Below are positions 1 to 26,851 of a stretch of DNA of 64,000 bases, in pieces (the stretch's first letter is position 1; every line of letters starts with the position of its first letter). The translations under genes and the position numbers were made by a program. The stretch is from Macrostomum lignano (taxonomy: Eukaryota). The stretch is from NCBI GenBank assembly GCA_002269645.1, contig NIVC01000819.1:186001-250000 (forward strand), in the 5' to 3' direction. The notes under the pieces were generated by a model, which did not search any database, had not been told where the DNA came from, and saw only the letters and a list, made by a program, of their open reading frames with translations.

Positions 1-41
1 CCTCGAACGGCTAATGCAATTCTCAAAGATCCGAGCCTCAC

Positions 42-434
42 CTTATTCGCTCTCTCATATGCCGCGATCCGCTGCGACTTGGCCTCCGTCAGCTTCGCTG
101 GTGCCTCCAGCACCCGGTGCCGCCGTTTGGCCGCCCGCAGCTCCTGGCCGACCGCCCGTTTAGCGGCCTGGCCGCCCAGCGCCGTGGCCAGAATCTGCCG
201 CATCGAGGACGCCGCGCCACCGGCCGAGCGCAGTCCGTGGACGTCCATGGCCGATGACGGAGGTCGGCGCTCCGAACGTCGGCGTCCATCCACTTTGAGG
301 GTGCGGCGCAGGCCGCTCAGCAGGGCCGCGTGATCCTCCTCTGGTACATCCGCACTGGCCTCTTCTCCGGCAGACATTGTTGCTTCTGCTTCTTCTTCTA
401 GAGGGTCATCGTCGCTGTCTTCACGATTTTTCAT
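42..434 (-). CDS. UTP14: UTP14-like (U3 snoRNP/SSU processome) first coding exon; gene continues beyond the window start
   Basis: ATG at 434 (preceded by CAG), 131 open codons MKNREDSDDDPLEEE...EEDHAALLSGLRRTLKVDGRRRSERRPPS...VLEAPAKLTEAKSQRIAAYERANK, then donor AAG|GTGAG at 41. The acidic N-terminus, H-x-x-LL...R-SE segment and R-x-AAYE segment resemble the UTP14 N-terminus as I recall it. Not in the ORF track. Confidence 0.65.
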
Positions 435-506
435 CTGGGATTTCGTTCTGGAGAGTGCGTTTGAGTCCAATTAGAGCTGAAGCAGATTGCTTTGAATTGA
501 GTTGAC

Positions 507-1725
507 GATTCTGAATGGGATAGAGAGCGATTCTGAATGGGATAGAGAGCGATTCTGAATGGGATAGAGAGCGATTCTGAATGGGATAGAGAGCGATTCT
601 GAATGGGATAGAGAGCGATTCTGAATGGGATAGAGAGCGATTCTGAATGGGAAAGAGAGCGATTCTGAATGGGATAGAGAGCGATTCTGAATGGGATAGA
701 GAGCGATTCTGAATGGGATAGAGAGCGATTCTGAATGGGATAGAGAGCGATTCTGAATGGAATAGAGAGCGATTCTGAATGGGAAAGAGAGCGATTCTGA
801 ATGGGATAGAGAGCGATTCTGAATGGGATAGAGAGCGATTCTGAATGGAATAGAGAGTGATTCTGAATGGGATAGAGAGCGAGTCTGAATGGGATAGAGA
901 GCGATTTTGAATGAGATAGAGGGAGATTCTGAATGGGATAGAGAGCGATTCTGAATGGGATAGAGAGCGATTCTGAATGGGATAGAGAGCGATTCTGAAT
1001 GGGATAGAGAGCGATTCTAAATGGGATAGAGGGCTATTCTGAATGGGATAGAGAGCGATTCTAAATGGGATAGAGAGCGATTCTGAATGGGATAGAGAGC
1101 GATTCTGAATGGGATAGAGAGCGATTTTGAATGAGATAGAGGGAGATTCTGAATGGGATAGAGAGCGATTTTGAATGAGATAGAGGGAGATTCTGAATGG
1201 GATAGAGAGCGATTCTGAATGGGATAGAGAGCGATTCTGAATGGGATAGAGAGCGATTCTGAATGGGATAGAGAGCGATTCTAAATGGGATAGAGGGCTA
1301 TTCTGAATGGGATAGAGAGCGATTCTAAATGGGATAGAGAGCGATTCTGAATGGGATAGAGAGCGATTCTGAATGGGATAGAGAGCGATTCTGAATGGGA
1401 TAGAGAGCGATTTTGAATGAGATAGAGGGAGATTCTGAATGGGATAGAGAGCGATTCTGAATGGGATAGAGAGCGATTCTGAATGGGATAGAGAGCGATT
1501 CTGAATGGGATAGAGAGCGATTCTAAATGGGATAGAGGGCTATTCTGAATGGGATAGAGAGCGATTCTAAATGGGATAGAGAGCGATTCTGAATGGGATA
1601 GAGAGCGATTCTGAATGGGATAGAGAGCGATTTTGAATGAGATAGGGAGCGATTTTGAATGAGATAGAGGGCTATTCTGAATGGGTTATAGGGGGATTTT
1701 TAATTGGTTAGAGGGGCGATTCTGA
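507..1725. repeat. 22-bp minisatellite (GATTCTGAATGGGATAGAGAGC)n, ~55 copies
   Basis: Direct reading of tandem units. Confidence 0.97.
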
Positions 1726-2105
1726 GAATAAGAAATGAATGAACGACAAAATAACGATTCCCTGTACTGTTAAGCCCTCGATAACACTGAAACATTAACA
1801 AGTTTACTTAACGAACAATACACTGTACATACTACTGAACACGCATTTAAGTAGATAAAATGCTCATATATTGTTTATTTGGATAATATACCCTAAATTA
1901 AATTATTAGAAAACGTTCAATTTTAAATTATACAAAATCAACTCATTGAAATTAAAGCAAATACAATGGATACATTTTCAATTTTTTTAATTCCCTACAA
2001 TGACTCTGAGTGTCAGTTTAAAGTCCTATGCGATATGAGGGTTGCAAACATATTACATAGCCAATAAGTCGGTTACCGGGTGAAAATTTACTGTCTACTG
2101 TCACA

Positions 2106-3431
2106 TTAACGCCCAGTGTTAATCATGTACGCGTCGAGCTCCTTGTCCAGATCGTCTTTGCTCGGGCCGCTGCCGTCGCCGCCGCTAAAGGAGCCGCCGC
2201 CGCGGCCGCCGCGACCTCTGCCGATACCGACAGCCCCGGCAGCAGGTCTTTGTGGCTGCTGCTGCTGCTGCTGCTGCTGAGGTCTGGAGTTGCCGGGCCT
2301 GATGCCAAGCCGGTTGGTGACGGGGCCTCTGAAAGAGAGAATGAAGCATGATGATCTTCTTCATTTGATGCCTCTTAATCATCGACTGTAAAATGGGTCA
2401 GAGAGGGTGCAAAACCAATGAAATCAGAGAGTCAGGGAGGGTGCAAAACCAATGAAATCAGAGGGTCAGGGAGGGTGCAAAACCAATGAAATCAGAGGGT
2501 CAGAGAGGGTGCAAAACCAATGAAATCAGAGGGTCAGGGAGGGTGCAAAACCAATGAAATCAGAGGGTCAGGGAGGGTGCAAAACCAATGAAATCAGAGG
2601 GTCAGAGAGGGTGCAAAACCAATGAAATCAGAGGGTCAGGGAGGGCGCAAAACCAATGAAATCGGAGGGTCAGAGAGGGTGCAAAACCAATGAAATCAGA
2701 GGGTCAGGGAGGGTGCAAAACCAATGAAATCAGAGGGTCAGAGAGGGTGCAAAACCAATGAAATCAGAGGGTCAGGGAGGGTGCAAAACCAATGAAATCA
2801 GAGGGTCAGGGAGGGTGCAAAACCAATGAAATCAGAGGGTCAGAGAGGGTGCAAAACCAATGAAATCAGAGGGTCAGGGAGGGCGCAAAACCAATGAAAT
2901 CAGAGGGTCAGGGAGGGTGCAAAACCAATGAAATCAGAGGTCAGAGAGTGCATCAAAATTACTGCATCAAACAGTGGTAAAGTGCGGTGCGCACCTTCCC
3001 CGGCCGCGGACTCCAGCAGCGCCGCCCGGCTGCTGGGCTCCAATGGCGATTTGGGCAGCGGCGGCAGCGCCGACCGCGGGCTGCTGCTGCCCGACTCTGC
3101 GCTGAATTCGGCCGTCAGCGACGCCTTTCAGAGGGCTGCGCTGGATGCCAAAGCTGCCGATGCTGCCGCCGCTGGTTCTGGGGGCGCCGGGCAGAGCGGT
3201 GGCCTGTCTTTGCTGCGGCTGCAGTTGCTGCTGCTGCTGCTGCTGTAACTTTTGCAGCTGAGTGAACCTTACAGAGATGAAAGTTGGATCCAGTCAAATA
3301 CTTGCTCGCGTGGACATGACAATATTTTAAATCATAGCATGCTTTAAAACCTTTTAATTAACTCACCTGTCATTGAGGGTGACCTGAGTGCCATGGCCCA
3401 AATTAATCTTGACAGGTAGCACGTTATTCAT
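2106..3431 (-). CDS. CHTOP: CHTOP/FoP-like mRNA export adaptor; exons 3431-3367, 3267-2995, 2328-2106
   Basis: All junctions GT-AG and in frame. Protein MNNVLPVKINLGHGTQVTLNDRFTQLQK...polyQ...RGRGR...GRGRGGRGG...SKDDLDKELDAYMINTGR*. N-terminal LNDRF and C-terminal DLDKELDAYM match the two UAP56-binding motifs of CHTOP, with RGG repeats between. Confidence 0.85.
2395..2947. repeat. 34-bp minisatellite in CHTOP intron 2 (GGGAGGGTGCAAAACCAATGAAATCAGAGGGTCA)n, ~16 copies
   Basis: Direct reading. Confidence 0.95.
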
Positions 3432-3960
3432 CTGTAAAATAGTTTTATGACATAAAGTTTAATGCAAAGGGGTTCACCTTCAAAAGGTTGGATCACAATA
3501 ATAGAAAATTCTCCATAAGAAATACATAAAAAATTATTCTAGGGTCAATTAGACTTCAAAATATCATTTGAGAGTTAACACTAATATCATACCATGAGGG
3601 TGGCTATCAGTCACTTTAACAACAAGACATATCAATGATAGACACTTTAATGACAATAAATGAGGTATAATTTTATGATTACAGATTTATGTAAAATGAA
3701 TCCATTATTAAATAGTTTCAAGTAATTACTATAAATTCCAAAAACAAAATTAAGCAGCAAGGCAGGATTTAAGACATAAGTGTTGGTAGCAATGCATACT
3801 TATACTAGACAATCTCAGGCCAAGGACTACTCTAGTAGGATGGGAAACCTTGTTTCTTAGAAAATGTTAGGAGGCTTGTTTTTTCAAAAATGTACTATAA
3901 CCACACTTAGGATCATGTCATTTGTGCTAGAAATTTCTAGTATACATTTGTGACAACTGG

Positions 3961-4110
3961 CAATTGTGGATCTAGAAATTTTTGAATGGGGGTGCAAACT
4001 ACTAAAGTGCATGTTTATACATATCATGTACATTATATACCTAATAATGAGTATTTTCTATATAAAAAAACAAATAATCAAAATGTGCACCCTCTATAAA
4101 TCCACTACTG
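3961..4110. mobile_element. Old hAT-type MITE (degenerate)
   Basis: Imperfect TIRs CAATTGTGGATCTA / TAAATCCACTACTG, inner GGGGTGCA / TGCACCC; flanks ACAACTGG vs ACAGCTAG (6/8). Confidence 0.4.
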
Positions 4111-5199
4111 ACAGCTAGAGCACTTGGTGCACATTTTTTGTGAAGTCTCATGGTGCATAAAGGCATGAATTTTTATTAATTGAATTCCTGAATTCATATT
4201 ACTATTGTTTATAAAAGCACAAAAATCATGCATTTAAATTATTAAGTTTTAATATTTTAAAAAATAAAAGTTTATATAGTGTAAAGTTGTGAGTATGTAG
4301 TTAAGCAAATCTTTTGTAAATACATTGTAAAATTCATAAAGGATAGGCCTAACAGCTTAATCAAAACAACATTGAAATTTTTTTCAATATAAATTTTTGC
4401 GTTGATACTAGAGTAAACTAAGGATCAAAAGCTTTGAGACTTGCCCTATAGTCTAGATCATGCTAGGTGCATTCCTGAACAAAAATTGAATAGTTACAAC
4501 TGCATGTCAACAAAATTAAAGTGCATACCCATACTCTCAAATCTAGGCTACTATTGCAACAATGTATGGCCTTTTTGCATTGCATAAGACCCTTTTTGGT
4601 AGATAATTCAATTTATTATTAATCTTTCTTGCTTATACTATTTAAAGCAGAAAATTCATATGTTTAAACATTTATTTTAAAGTTTTTTTATAAGCTTAAA
4701 AACCCAAAAGCTTGAAATTTATACTATATTCTTAGGAGTCATGCATGCCAACTGTATACACCTAACTTTTGGCATGCAAGGCCAATGTATGCCAAAATTT
4801 TTGGGTGTATAGGCCCTGGGGGCCTATTATATAATGAGATAGTGCCTGAATTAATAGCTTATTTGCATGAATAATACTCAATGTTTTTGCTATGTTTTCT
4901 TAGAAATGCACGCAGTTGAATTTATGCGAAAAAGAAATTATTCTTACTTTTGTTTAATGTTGTTATTTTCAAAAATATGAGCTTTTGTTTAAAATGTGTT
5001 GGAAATTCTGGTATAAATAGAAGCTCTGAGCGGGCCAAGAGAAGCAACTCGGTTTGCCGCGAGCTTCCAATTGCGAGCAAAGTAATAAAGTCCTTACTAA
5101 ATCTTTAACAGAGGCAATTGTTCAAATTGACTTGTTCATTTTCTAGAGTATTAAGCCCCCTATTGGGAGAATTAGAGAACCGCTAAGGAGCAAGAATCA

Positions 5200-5410
5200 A
5201 CTCAGGGCAGTAATTGTAAATTTGCCTCAGGGCAGAGAAAACACTTCATAGCAAGAGAAGATTGCCTCAGGGCAGTAATTGTAAATTTGCCTCAGGGCAG
5301 GAGAAAACACTTCATAGCAAGAGAAGATTGCCTCAGGGCAGTAATTGTAAATTTGCCTCAGGGCAGGAGAACTGCCTCATAGCGAGAGAAGATTGCCTCA
5401 GGGCAGGGAA
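5200..5410. repeat. Complex tandem repeat built on TTGCCTCAGGGCAG
   Basis: Direct reading; about three higher-order units. Confidence 0.8.
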
Positions 5411-8315
5411 GATATAAAGCTGTGACCCTCTGATCCCGGGAACGCCAGGACTGAGAGACTAAGAATTAGACAGTGCCAATAGACCACTCAGGCTAAAAGT
5501 ACAGAAGTAGACGCTACCAATATAAGTAGATAAGTAGACGCTACCAGTAATAGTAGTATATTCATGCAAAAGTACATTAAGTAGAGAAACGGAAATTTAG
5601 CAATAGCACAACTTGGTGACATAATGGTGGGATAATTTCTAGAGAGAGCTAAAAGGCCTATTACAACTTTGATATCAGCCGGTGGGATTATTCATAAAGA
5701 CAGAGGAAAAACCACTGTTACAACTTTGGTGGCATTTAGTGGGATCCTCAGTGTGCAGGAAACACCTCTATTACAATAATCTGGAGTGTGGGACTTGCTA
5801 TTGGAAAATACAATACACTAGGGCCTATTGCATTTTGCCTAGTATAGGCCTACCTGGTGGCTGGTGCACAATTGAAAATATTTTTGGAGAATTAGAACAT
5901 ATGTAATATTAATCAGATCCTGATTATAGCATTATAACCATAGGAATAAGAAGTTTTCATTGATATTTTTAGAACAAAAATTGTCATTGGCATTGCTTTT
6001 TTTGATAGGAGGCAAACGCAATGTTTATCTGTTGATAGGGCCTATTATTGCCTTTTTATAGCTTTACTAATATTTGTAAAGCTTTTTGTTCAGAAAATTA
6101 GGATTCTGTTAGGCCTATTTTTTTATTCTAGGCATGTATACAATTGTATGTCTTTAAATGTCTAAAAATCATTAAAATTGCATAGCTCAGCTTATTCTTA
6201 TTGGCTTTTTTATCTACTTTACCATTCTTAGTTATTTGTGTAACAATACGTATAACAGAGATGACAAAATAGATTCATAAAACCAACAAGCCAAGTGGTG
6301 CCAGGCATTTTCATTTTTAACTTTTTTGTAGGCCTAGGCCTACTATAGGTAGGGGTTCCAATGAGCTTCGTACAATGTGTCCCAAAAATGAAAAAATGTA
6401 CAAATGTGTGTTATGCAAATTGGATCAAAGAGGCACTAAATGATATAAGTAAGTAAATCCAAAATATATGTCTGAAAGTATACAAAATATACTTTCCTAT
6501 GAGTATTGAAACAATGTGTAATATGCCCTACAATAGAAGTTTATTTTACAGGGAATGTATAAAGAATAAAAAAATAACATAGTCAGAGAATCCTAAATTT
6601 CTAAACAAAAAGCTTTATGAATTTCAATACATCTAAAAGAAAGGCAATTCAAATCAAAATATGAACATTGGGTCTGCCTCCTATCAAAAGCAATAACAAT
6701 GTACGTGCTGGAAAAAATGAGAACTTCCTATCTCCGTAGTGTATTTTTTCGATAAAAACCTGCCTCCTAAAATTTCCAAGAAACGAGGTTTCCCGTTCTG
6801 CATGAGTAGTTCTTGCCTCAAGAGGACCCAGCTATACACATTACTTTGAATACTTCATTCTAAGATTTTAACACGCATTCGAGTAATTATCCGTGCGATC
6901 TCTGATGCCTGATGTGACTGGTGTGACGATGTCACTTTATTTTACTTTTCTTTCTTATTTTGTATCGTACAGCATAAGTGCATAACATTCATATCTCTTT
7001 CTACTATATACTTAAATTTTACTTTCTTATTTAGCGTTGACGTATTTTTGTTAACCGTATAATTCACAGAAATACTTAGCAGTAGAAGACCATTTTTAGT
7101 ATATGGATAAAAAGTATTCAATTCTATTTACTCTCTCGCACGCGTTCTCGCTGATCTCCCTCTTTCACACCGTCTCATTGCTATAACTACTAAGCTACGC
7201 TCGTGCTATCTTTTATGTTAAGAGTAGATTATTGTCATTGTTAATTTATTGAATAAACGATCAGCTTACAAGTTGCGCACCATATAGGCATCGACATCGT
7301 CATTATTAAATGATCTAAATTCTAAATTCGTCACACTCTCGTGGCGATTGTAACTTGACCAGAATTGAATGTTGATTGCTTCCCAGAAAACAAAGTAAGA
7401 TTATTTAAAACAAATAGCTTTTCACTCTAATTTAAAAAACTTTTTTCTCTACTTGTTAGAGATTTTTAATGTTTTATTAGCGATTTTCTTTTCTTTTCGT
7501 CCAAAGGATTATAATATATAAATTTTGTTTGGTATGAAAGTACCAAAAAGTACTGTAGTAAACGTGTGATAGTGTGTTGAATTTAGAGCAAAAAGACACT
7601 TTGAAGGAATAAAAATATTGCCTCAATTCAAAAATTCACACAATAAGTCATTTACTTTTGTACGCTTAACAGGTACGGTACTTTTTGCGCTTTTTTAAAG
7701 CTCTTTGAATCGAACGAAGGTCCGTCCTGCCCCACAGCGGCTCATCGGACCAAAACTTAATGGGCCTTTGCTTGATTACTTTGCAAACACATTTACGCGT
7801 AAATAAATTTTGGAAGACTGTTTGGAACATCAAACGTGTAAGAGCTGTTATAAACGCAGATAAATAACACAGACAAGTTAATTTGGTATATCAATAAGCT
7901 AAAATAACTCTAACGAACAATTTTAGCGCCGTAAAAAAGTTTCTGCTTCCTACACGCATATTTTTGTAAATTTTCAATAGTAGCACTGTCCATTTCACCA
8001 TTAAATATTTGAAATTATGCAGTTTCGGTTGTAACAATTTTTTGTCCATAGCTAATATTAAATATGCGTGTGTAAATCGGCGCGTCAATCATTTGTTGCA
8101 CGTTATAGTAGGGAATATGTTAAAGGTTCGTGTATTTAATGTAGTTATAAACGCAATCAACCACAATCTGTAGAAATGCGTAAATACTGGTATAAAACTG
8201 TGTTGGGAAAGAGATGTATTTCAGTAGTTTTGATATTTAGAACAATTGTGTCGCTCCATCGCATTTGCAAAATTGTATTGAAAGCAACTGTCGAAAACTG
8301 CTATTTTTTCAGAGA

Positions 8316-9239
8316 ATGGGCGATTCGGTTAATATAGTAAGGATTGGAGAATTAACCACAGAAGACAACAACGTGGAGTGCATAACTGTCTGCTACGACA
8401 CCGTCGGGTTCTTCGTTGACACCTCGGCCTGTGTGGTGCCCGCCGACTCTTCGCATAGCAGCCACGCGTCGCTGCCCAGTCCTTGCATCATTACCAAAGT
8501 CCAGATGAGGGACGAACTTCTGGTGCTATCCGTGGACGATAGCAGGAAGATGCATTGCCATAGCAGCGACATTGACTGGAACCTGGCTATATGGCGACTT
8601 CACTGCGAACGTCAGGAGGTTTTCGTTGCTCAACCGTCTGAATTGACAATTGTGGACTTGAGCGGCCGCCTGATCGATCGAATCCGACTAGACAGTTTTG
8701 GCTGCATCAGGGGATTCTTCCGCGGCGACGGTGACCTACTGGTCGTGGCCGGGGGCAGCAGAATCGGAGCATTCAGCCGGTCCACCGGCCAGCTGCAGAC
8801 GGTCCTCGATTTGGGTCCGCAGCTGCCAGATTCCGACTTCGGCTGCCTCACCGTCTGGAATAACCGCCTGTTTGTGGCTGAAAGATAGCAGGGCCGCGTG
8901 GTGGAGGTGTGCCTGCAAACCCGGGCCCTGGTTGCCGTGCACCCTACCGAACGCTCAGGCCTGGAAATGTTTGATTGGCCGCACGATATCTTGGTTGACA
9001 GCAGGGGTCGCCTCTTTGTCACGGAGTTCTCGGGTCACACAGTGCGCGCCGTATCGCTAGAAGATGGCTCCCTGCTGTGGACGGTGGGCATTCCTGGTGT
9101 GTTCGGCAAATCGGAAACTCCGGATGTCACCGTTCTGTGCTATCCCAGTGCCATGGATCTGTTCATACACTGGGGCGCGGAGCACCTGCTCGTTTCTGAT
9201 GGGCGAAACGATCAGATTTTGATCTATATGCTGTGCTAA
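8316..9239 (+). CDS. Intronless NHL-repeat/beta-propeller protein interrupted by an in-frame TAG at 8886-8888 (pseudogene, null allele or readthrough)
   Basis: ORFs 8265-8888 and 8898-9239 are in one frame (GAA AGA TAG CAG GGC CGC GTG). FDWPHDILVDSRGRLFVTEFSGHTVRAV is a typical NHL repeat. ATG 8316 follows TTTTTTCAG. Confidence 0.7.
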
Positions 9240-9950
9240 TTCAGCCACACCCAATCAGCTGATTCCTCCTCACTCAATCAGCCAATTCAGCCACACCCAA
9301 TCAGCTGATTCCTCCTCACTCAATCAGCTAATCCAGCTACACCCAATCAGCTGATCCAGCCACACCCAATCAGCTGATCCAGCCACACTCAATCAGCTGA
9401 TCCATCCACACTCAATCAGCTGATCCAGCCACACCCAATCAGCTGATCCAGCCACACTCAATCAGCTGATCCAGCCACATTCAATCAGCTGATTCAGCCT
9501 CACCCAATCACTCAATCAGCCTCACTCAATCAGCTGATCCATCCTCACTCAATCAGCTGATCCATCCACACTCAATCAGCTGATCCAGCCACACCCAATC
9601 AGCTGATCCAGCCACACTCAATCAGCTGATCCAGCCACACCCAATCAGCTGATCCAGCCACACTCAATCAGCTGATCCACCCACACCCAATCAGCTGATT
9701 CAGCCTCACCCAATCACTCAATCAGCCTCACCCAATCAGCTGATCCAGCCACACCCAATCAGCTAATCCAGCCTCACCCAATCAGCTAATCCAGCCACAC
9801 CCAATCAGCTAATCCAGCCTCACCCAATCAGCTAATCCAGCCGCACCAAACCAGCTAATCCAGCCTCACCCAATCAGCTAATCCAGCCGCACCAAACCAG
9901 CTAATCCAGCCGCACCAAACCAGCTAATCCAGCTACATCCTTTCAGCTAA
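9239..9950. repeat. ~23-bp minisatellite (CAGCCACACCCAATCAGCTGATC)n starting at the NHL stop codon
   Basis: Direct reading. Confidence 0.93.
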
Positions 9951-10384
9951 ATTAGCTGTACTTTTTGCATGAACGCGATCAGAAATTTTTCATATGGATT
10001 TATAATTTATTGACTCAAAAATGTTTCTGCGTACTGTTTAGTTACTGTCAGTAGACAACAAAGAATTATTCGCATTTTCGCGATTTTTGCTTCGATAATT
10101 CTTGGTGTGTTCATAATTTCAAATTTCATGCATAGGTATCTGCCTACAACTGCAACCATTTTACTTGCGCTTAAAAACATGAAATACACAAAACTATTGG
10201 CAGCAAGGTGTTGACCAAGCAGGCCGGCAGGGAGCTGTCACTTAAAGTACAACTCAAATTTCTCGAGGCCTCGGCAGGTTAGAACCCGGAACTGCCTGGC
10301 GGAGAGTTGGGGATAATGGAGCCCAGACTCCTCTCTGCACTGGGCTCTGAGAATCCGAAACTGGGCCCGCTTCGGTTTTGTTTA

Positions 10385-11849
<1,465 letters not shown>

Positions 11850-12075
11850 CTAAATTTTTGATTTCGACCGAGAAAAATTGTAGAGAAATGATTTTTAGAT
11901 CAATTTGATACAGTCTTCTTAAATTCGAAAAACACTGGTAACTTCTTGTGCATGTTTTAGCCGTCAGCTTCCAATTCAAGCAAATTTTCGATAATTCTAC
12001 AAAAAATCCGGTGAGTTTCAAGATTTTTCTTCGGCCTGAATTGTCAAATAGTGTGCCGTTAACGCTACCGTTTTC

Positions 12076-13932
12076 GAGAGTGAAACTCGCTTCCAGACTC
12101 TTCCGAGAGTGAAACTCGCTTCCAGACTCTTCCGAGAGTGAAAATTTACTTCCAGACTCTTCCGAGAGTGAAACTTTGCTTCCAGACTCTTCCGAGAGTG
12201 AAACTCGCTTCCAGACTCTTCCGAGAGTGAAAATTTACTTCCAGACTCTTCCGAGAGTGAAACTTTGCTTCCAGACTCTTCCGAGAGTGAAAATTTACTT
12301 CCAGACTCTTCCGAGAGTGAAACTTTGCTTCCAGACTCTTCCGAGAGTGAAACTTTACTTCCAGACTCTTCCGAGAGTGAAGCTTTGCTTTCAGACTCTT
12401 CCGAGAGTGAAAATTTACTTCCAGACTCTTCCGAGAGTGAAACTTCGCTTCCAGACACTTCCGAGAGTGAAACTCGCTTCCAGACTCTTCCGAGAGTGAA
12501 ACTCGCTTCCAGACTCTTCCGAGAGTGAAACTTTGCTTCCAGACTCTTCCGAGAGTAAAACTTTGCTTCCAGACTCTTCCGAGAGTGAAACTTTGCTTCC
12601 AGACTCTTCCGAGAGTGAAACTTTGCTTTCAGACTCTTCCGAGAGTGAAACTTTGCTTTCAGACTCTTCCGAGAATGAAAATTTACTTCCAGACTCTTCC
12701 GAGAGTGAAACTTCGCTTCCAGACACTTCCGAGAGTGAAACTCGCTTCCAGACTCTTCCGAGAGTGAAACTCGCTTCCAGACTCTTCCGAGAGTGAAACT
12801 TTGCTTCCAGACTCTTCCGAGAGTAAAACTTTGCTTCCAGACTCTTCCGAGAGTGAAGCTTTGCTTCCAGACTCTTCCGAGAGTGAAACTTTGCTTCCAG
12901 ACACTTCCGAGAGTGAAACTCGCTTCCAGACTCTTCCGAGAGTGAAAGTCGCTTCCAGACTCTTCCGAGAGTGAAAATTTGCTTCCAGACTCTTCCGAGA
13001 GTGAAACTTTGCTTCCAGACTCTTCCGAGAGTGAAACTTTACTTCCAGACTCTTCCGAGAGTGAAACTTTGCTTCCAGACTCTTCCGAGAGTGAAACTTT
13101 ACTTCCAGACTCTTCCGAGAGTGAAACTTTACTTCCAGACTCTTCCGAGAGTGAAACTTCGCTTCCAGACGCTTCCGAGAGTGAAACTTTGCTTCCAGAC
13201 TCTTCCGAGAGTGAAACTTTGCTTCCAGACTCTTCCGAGAGTGAAACTTTACTTCCAGACTCTTCCGAGAGTAAAACTTTGCTTCCAGACTCTTCCGAGA
13301 GTGAAACTTTGCTTCCAGACTCTTCCGAGAGTGAAACTTTGCTTCCAGACTCTTCAGAGAGTGAAACTTTGCTTCCAGACTCTTCCGAGAGTGAAACTTT
13401 GCTTCCAGACTCTTCCGAGAGTGAAAATTTACTTCCAGACTCCTTCGAGAGTGAAACTCGCTTCCAGACTCTTCCGAGAGTAAAACTTTGCTTCCAGACT
13501 CTTCCGAGAGTGAAGCTTTGCTTCCAGACTCTTCCGAGAGTGAAAATTTACTTCCAGACTCTTTCGAGAGTGAAACTTTGCTTTCAGACTCTTCCGAGAG
13601 TGAAACTTCGCTTCCAGACTCTTCCGAGAGTGAAACTTTGCTTCCAGACTCTTCCGAGAGTGAAACTTCGCTTCCAGACTCTTCCGAGAGTGAAACTTTG
13701 CTTCCAGACTCTTCCGAGAGTGAAACTTCGCTTCCAGACTCTTCCGAGAGTGAAACTTTGCTTCCAGACTCTTCCGAGAGTGAAACTTCGCTTCCAGACT
13801 CTTCCGAGAGTGAAACTTTGCTTCCAGACTCTTCCGAGAGTGAAAATTTACTTGCAGACTCTTCCGAGAGTGAAACTTTACTTCCAGACTCTTCCGAGAG
13901 TGAAACTTTGCTTCCAGACTCTTCTGAGAGTG
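12076..13932. repeat. 29/30-bp minisatellite (GAGAGTGAAACTTTGCTTCCAGACTCTTCC)n, ~62 copies
   Basis: Direct reading; 29-bp variant units recur periodically. Confidence 0.96.
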
Positions 13933-14114
13933 AAAAAATTGCAAGAAGACTCCTCCATCAGTGAAACTTACCTTCCAGAATCTTCCAAGAGTGAAGAGAC
14001 ACTTTCAGACTTTTCCAAGAGTGATTCTTCCAGCGTGAAACCTCAGTTGCAGAGGCAATTTCACAATTTTAGGAACTGTCAGAGCAGCGGAGCTTGGATT
14101 GCCGCAACAGCGAA

Positions 14115-26729
<12,615 letters not shown>

Positions 26730-26851
26730 CTGACCAGAATATACGGACAAATTCTACTTTTAATAGATAGATTTCTGGACGCTTCAGTAAATACTGATAC
26801 AGGTGAAATTACTTAATCCTTGATATTTGACAAATTCCTTTGAAATCTATT

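Noticed and set aside
6350-6840. Short exon-like stretches in the AT-rich spacer
   Set aside because: Open for only 30-45 codons, no recognisable motif, could not be linked by splice sites.
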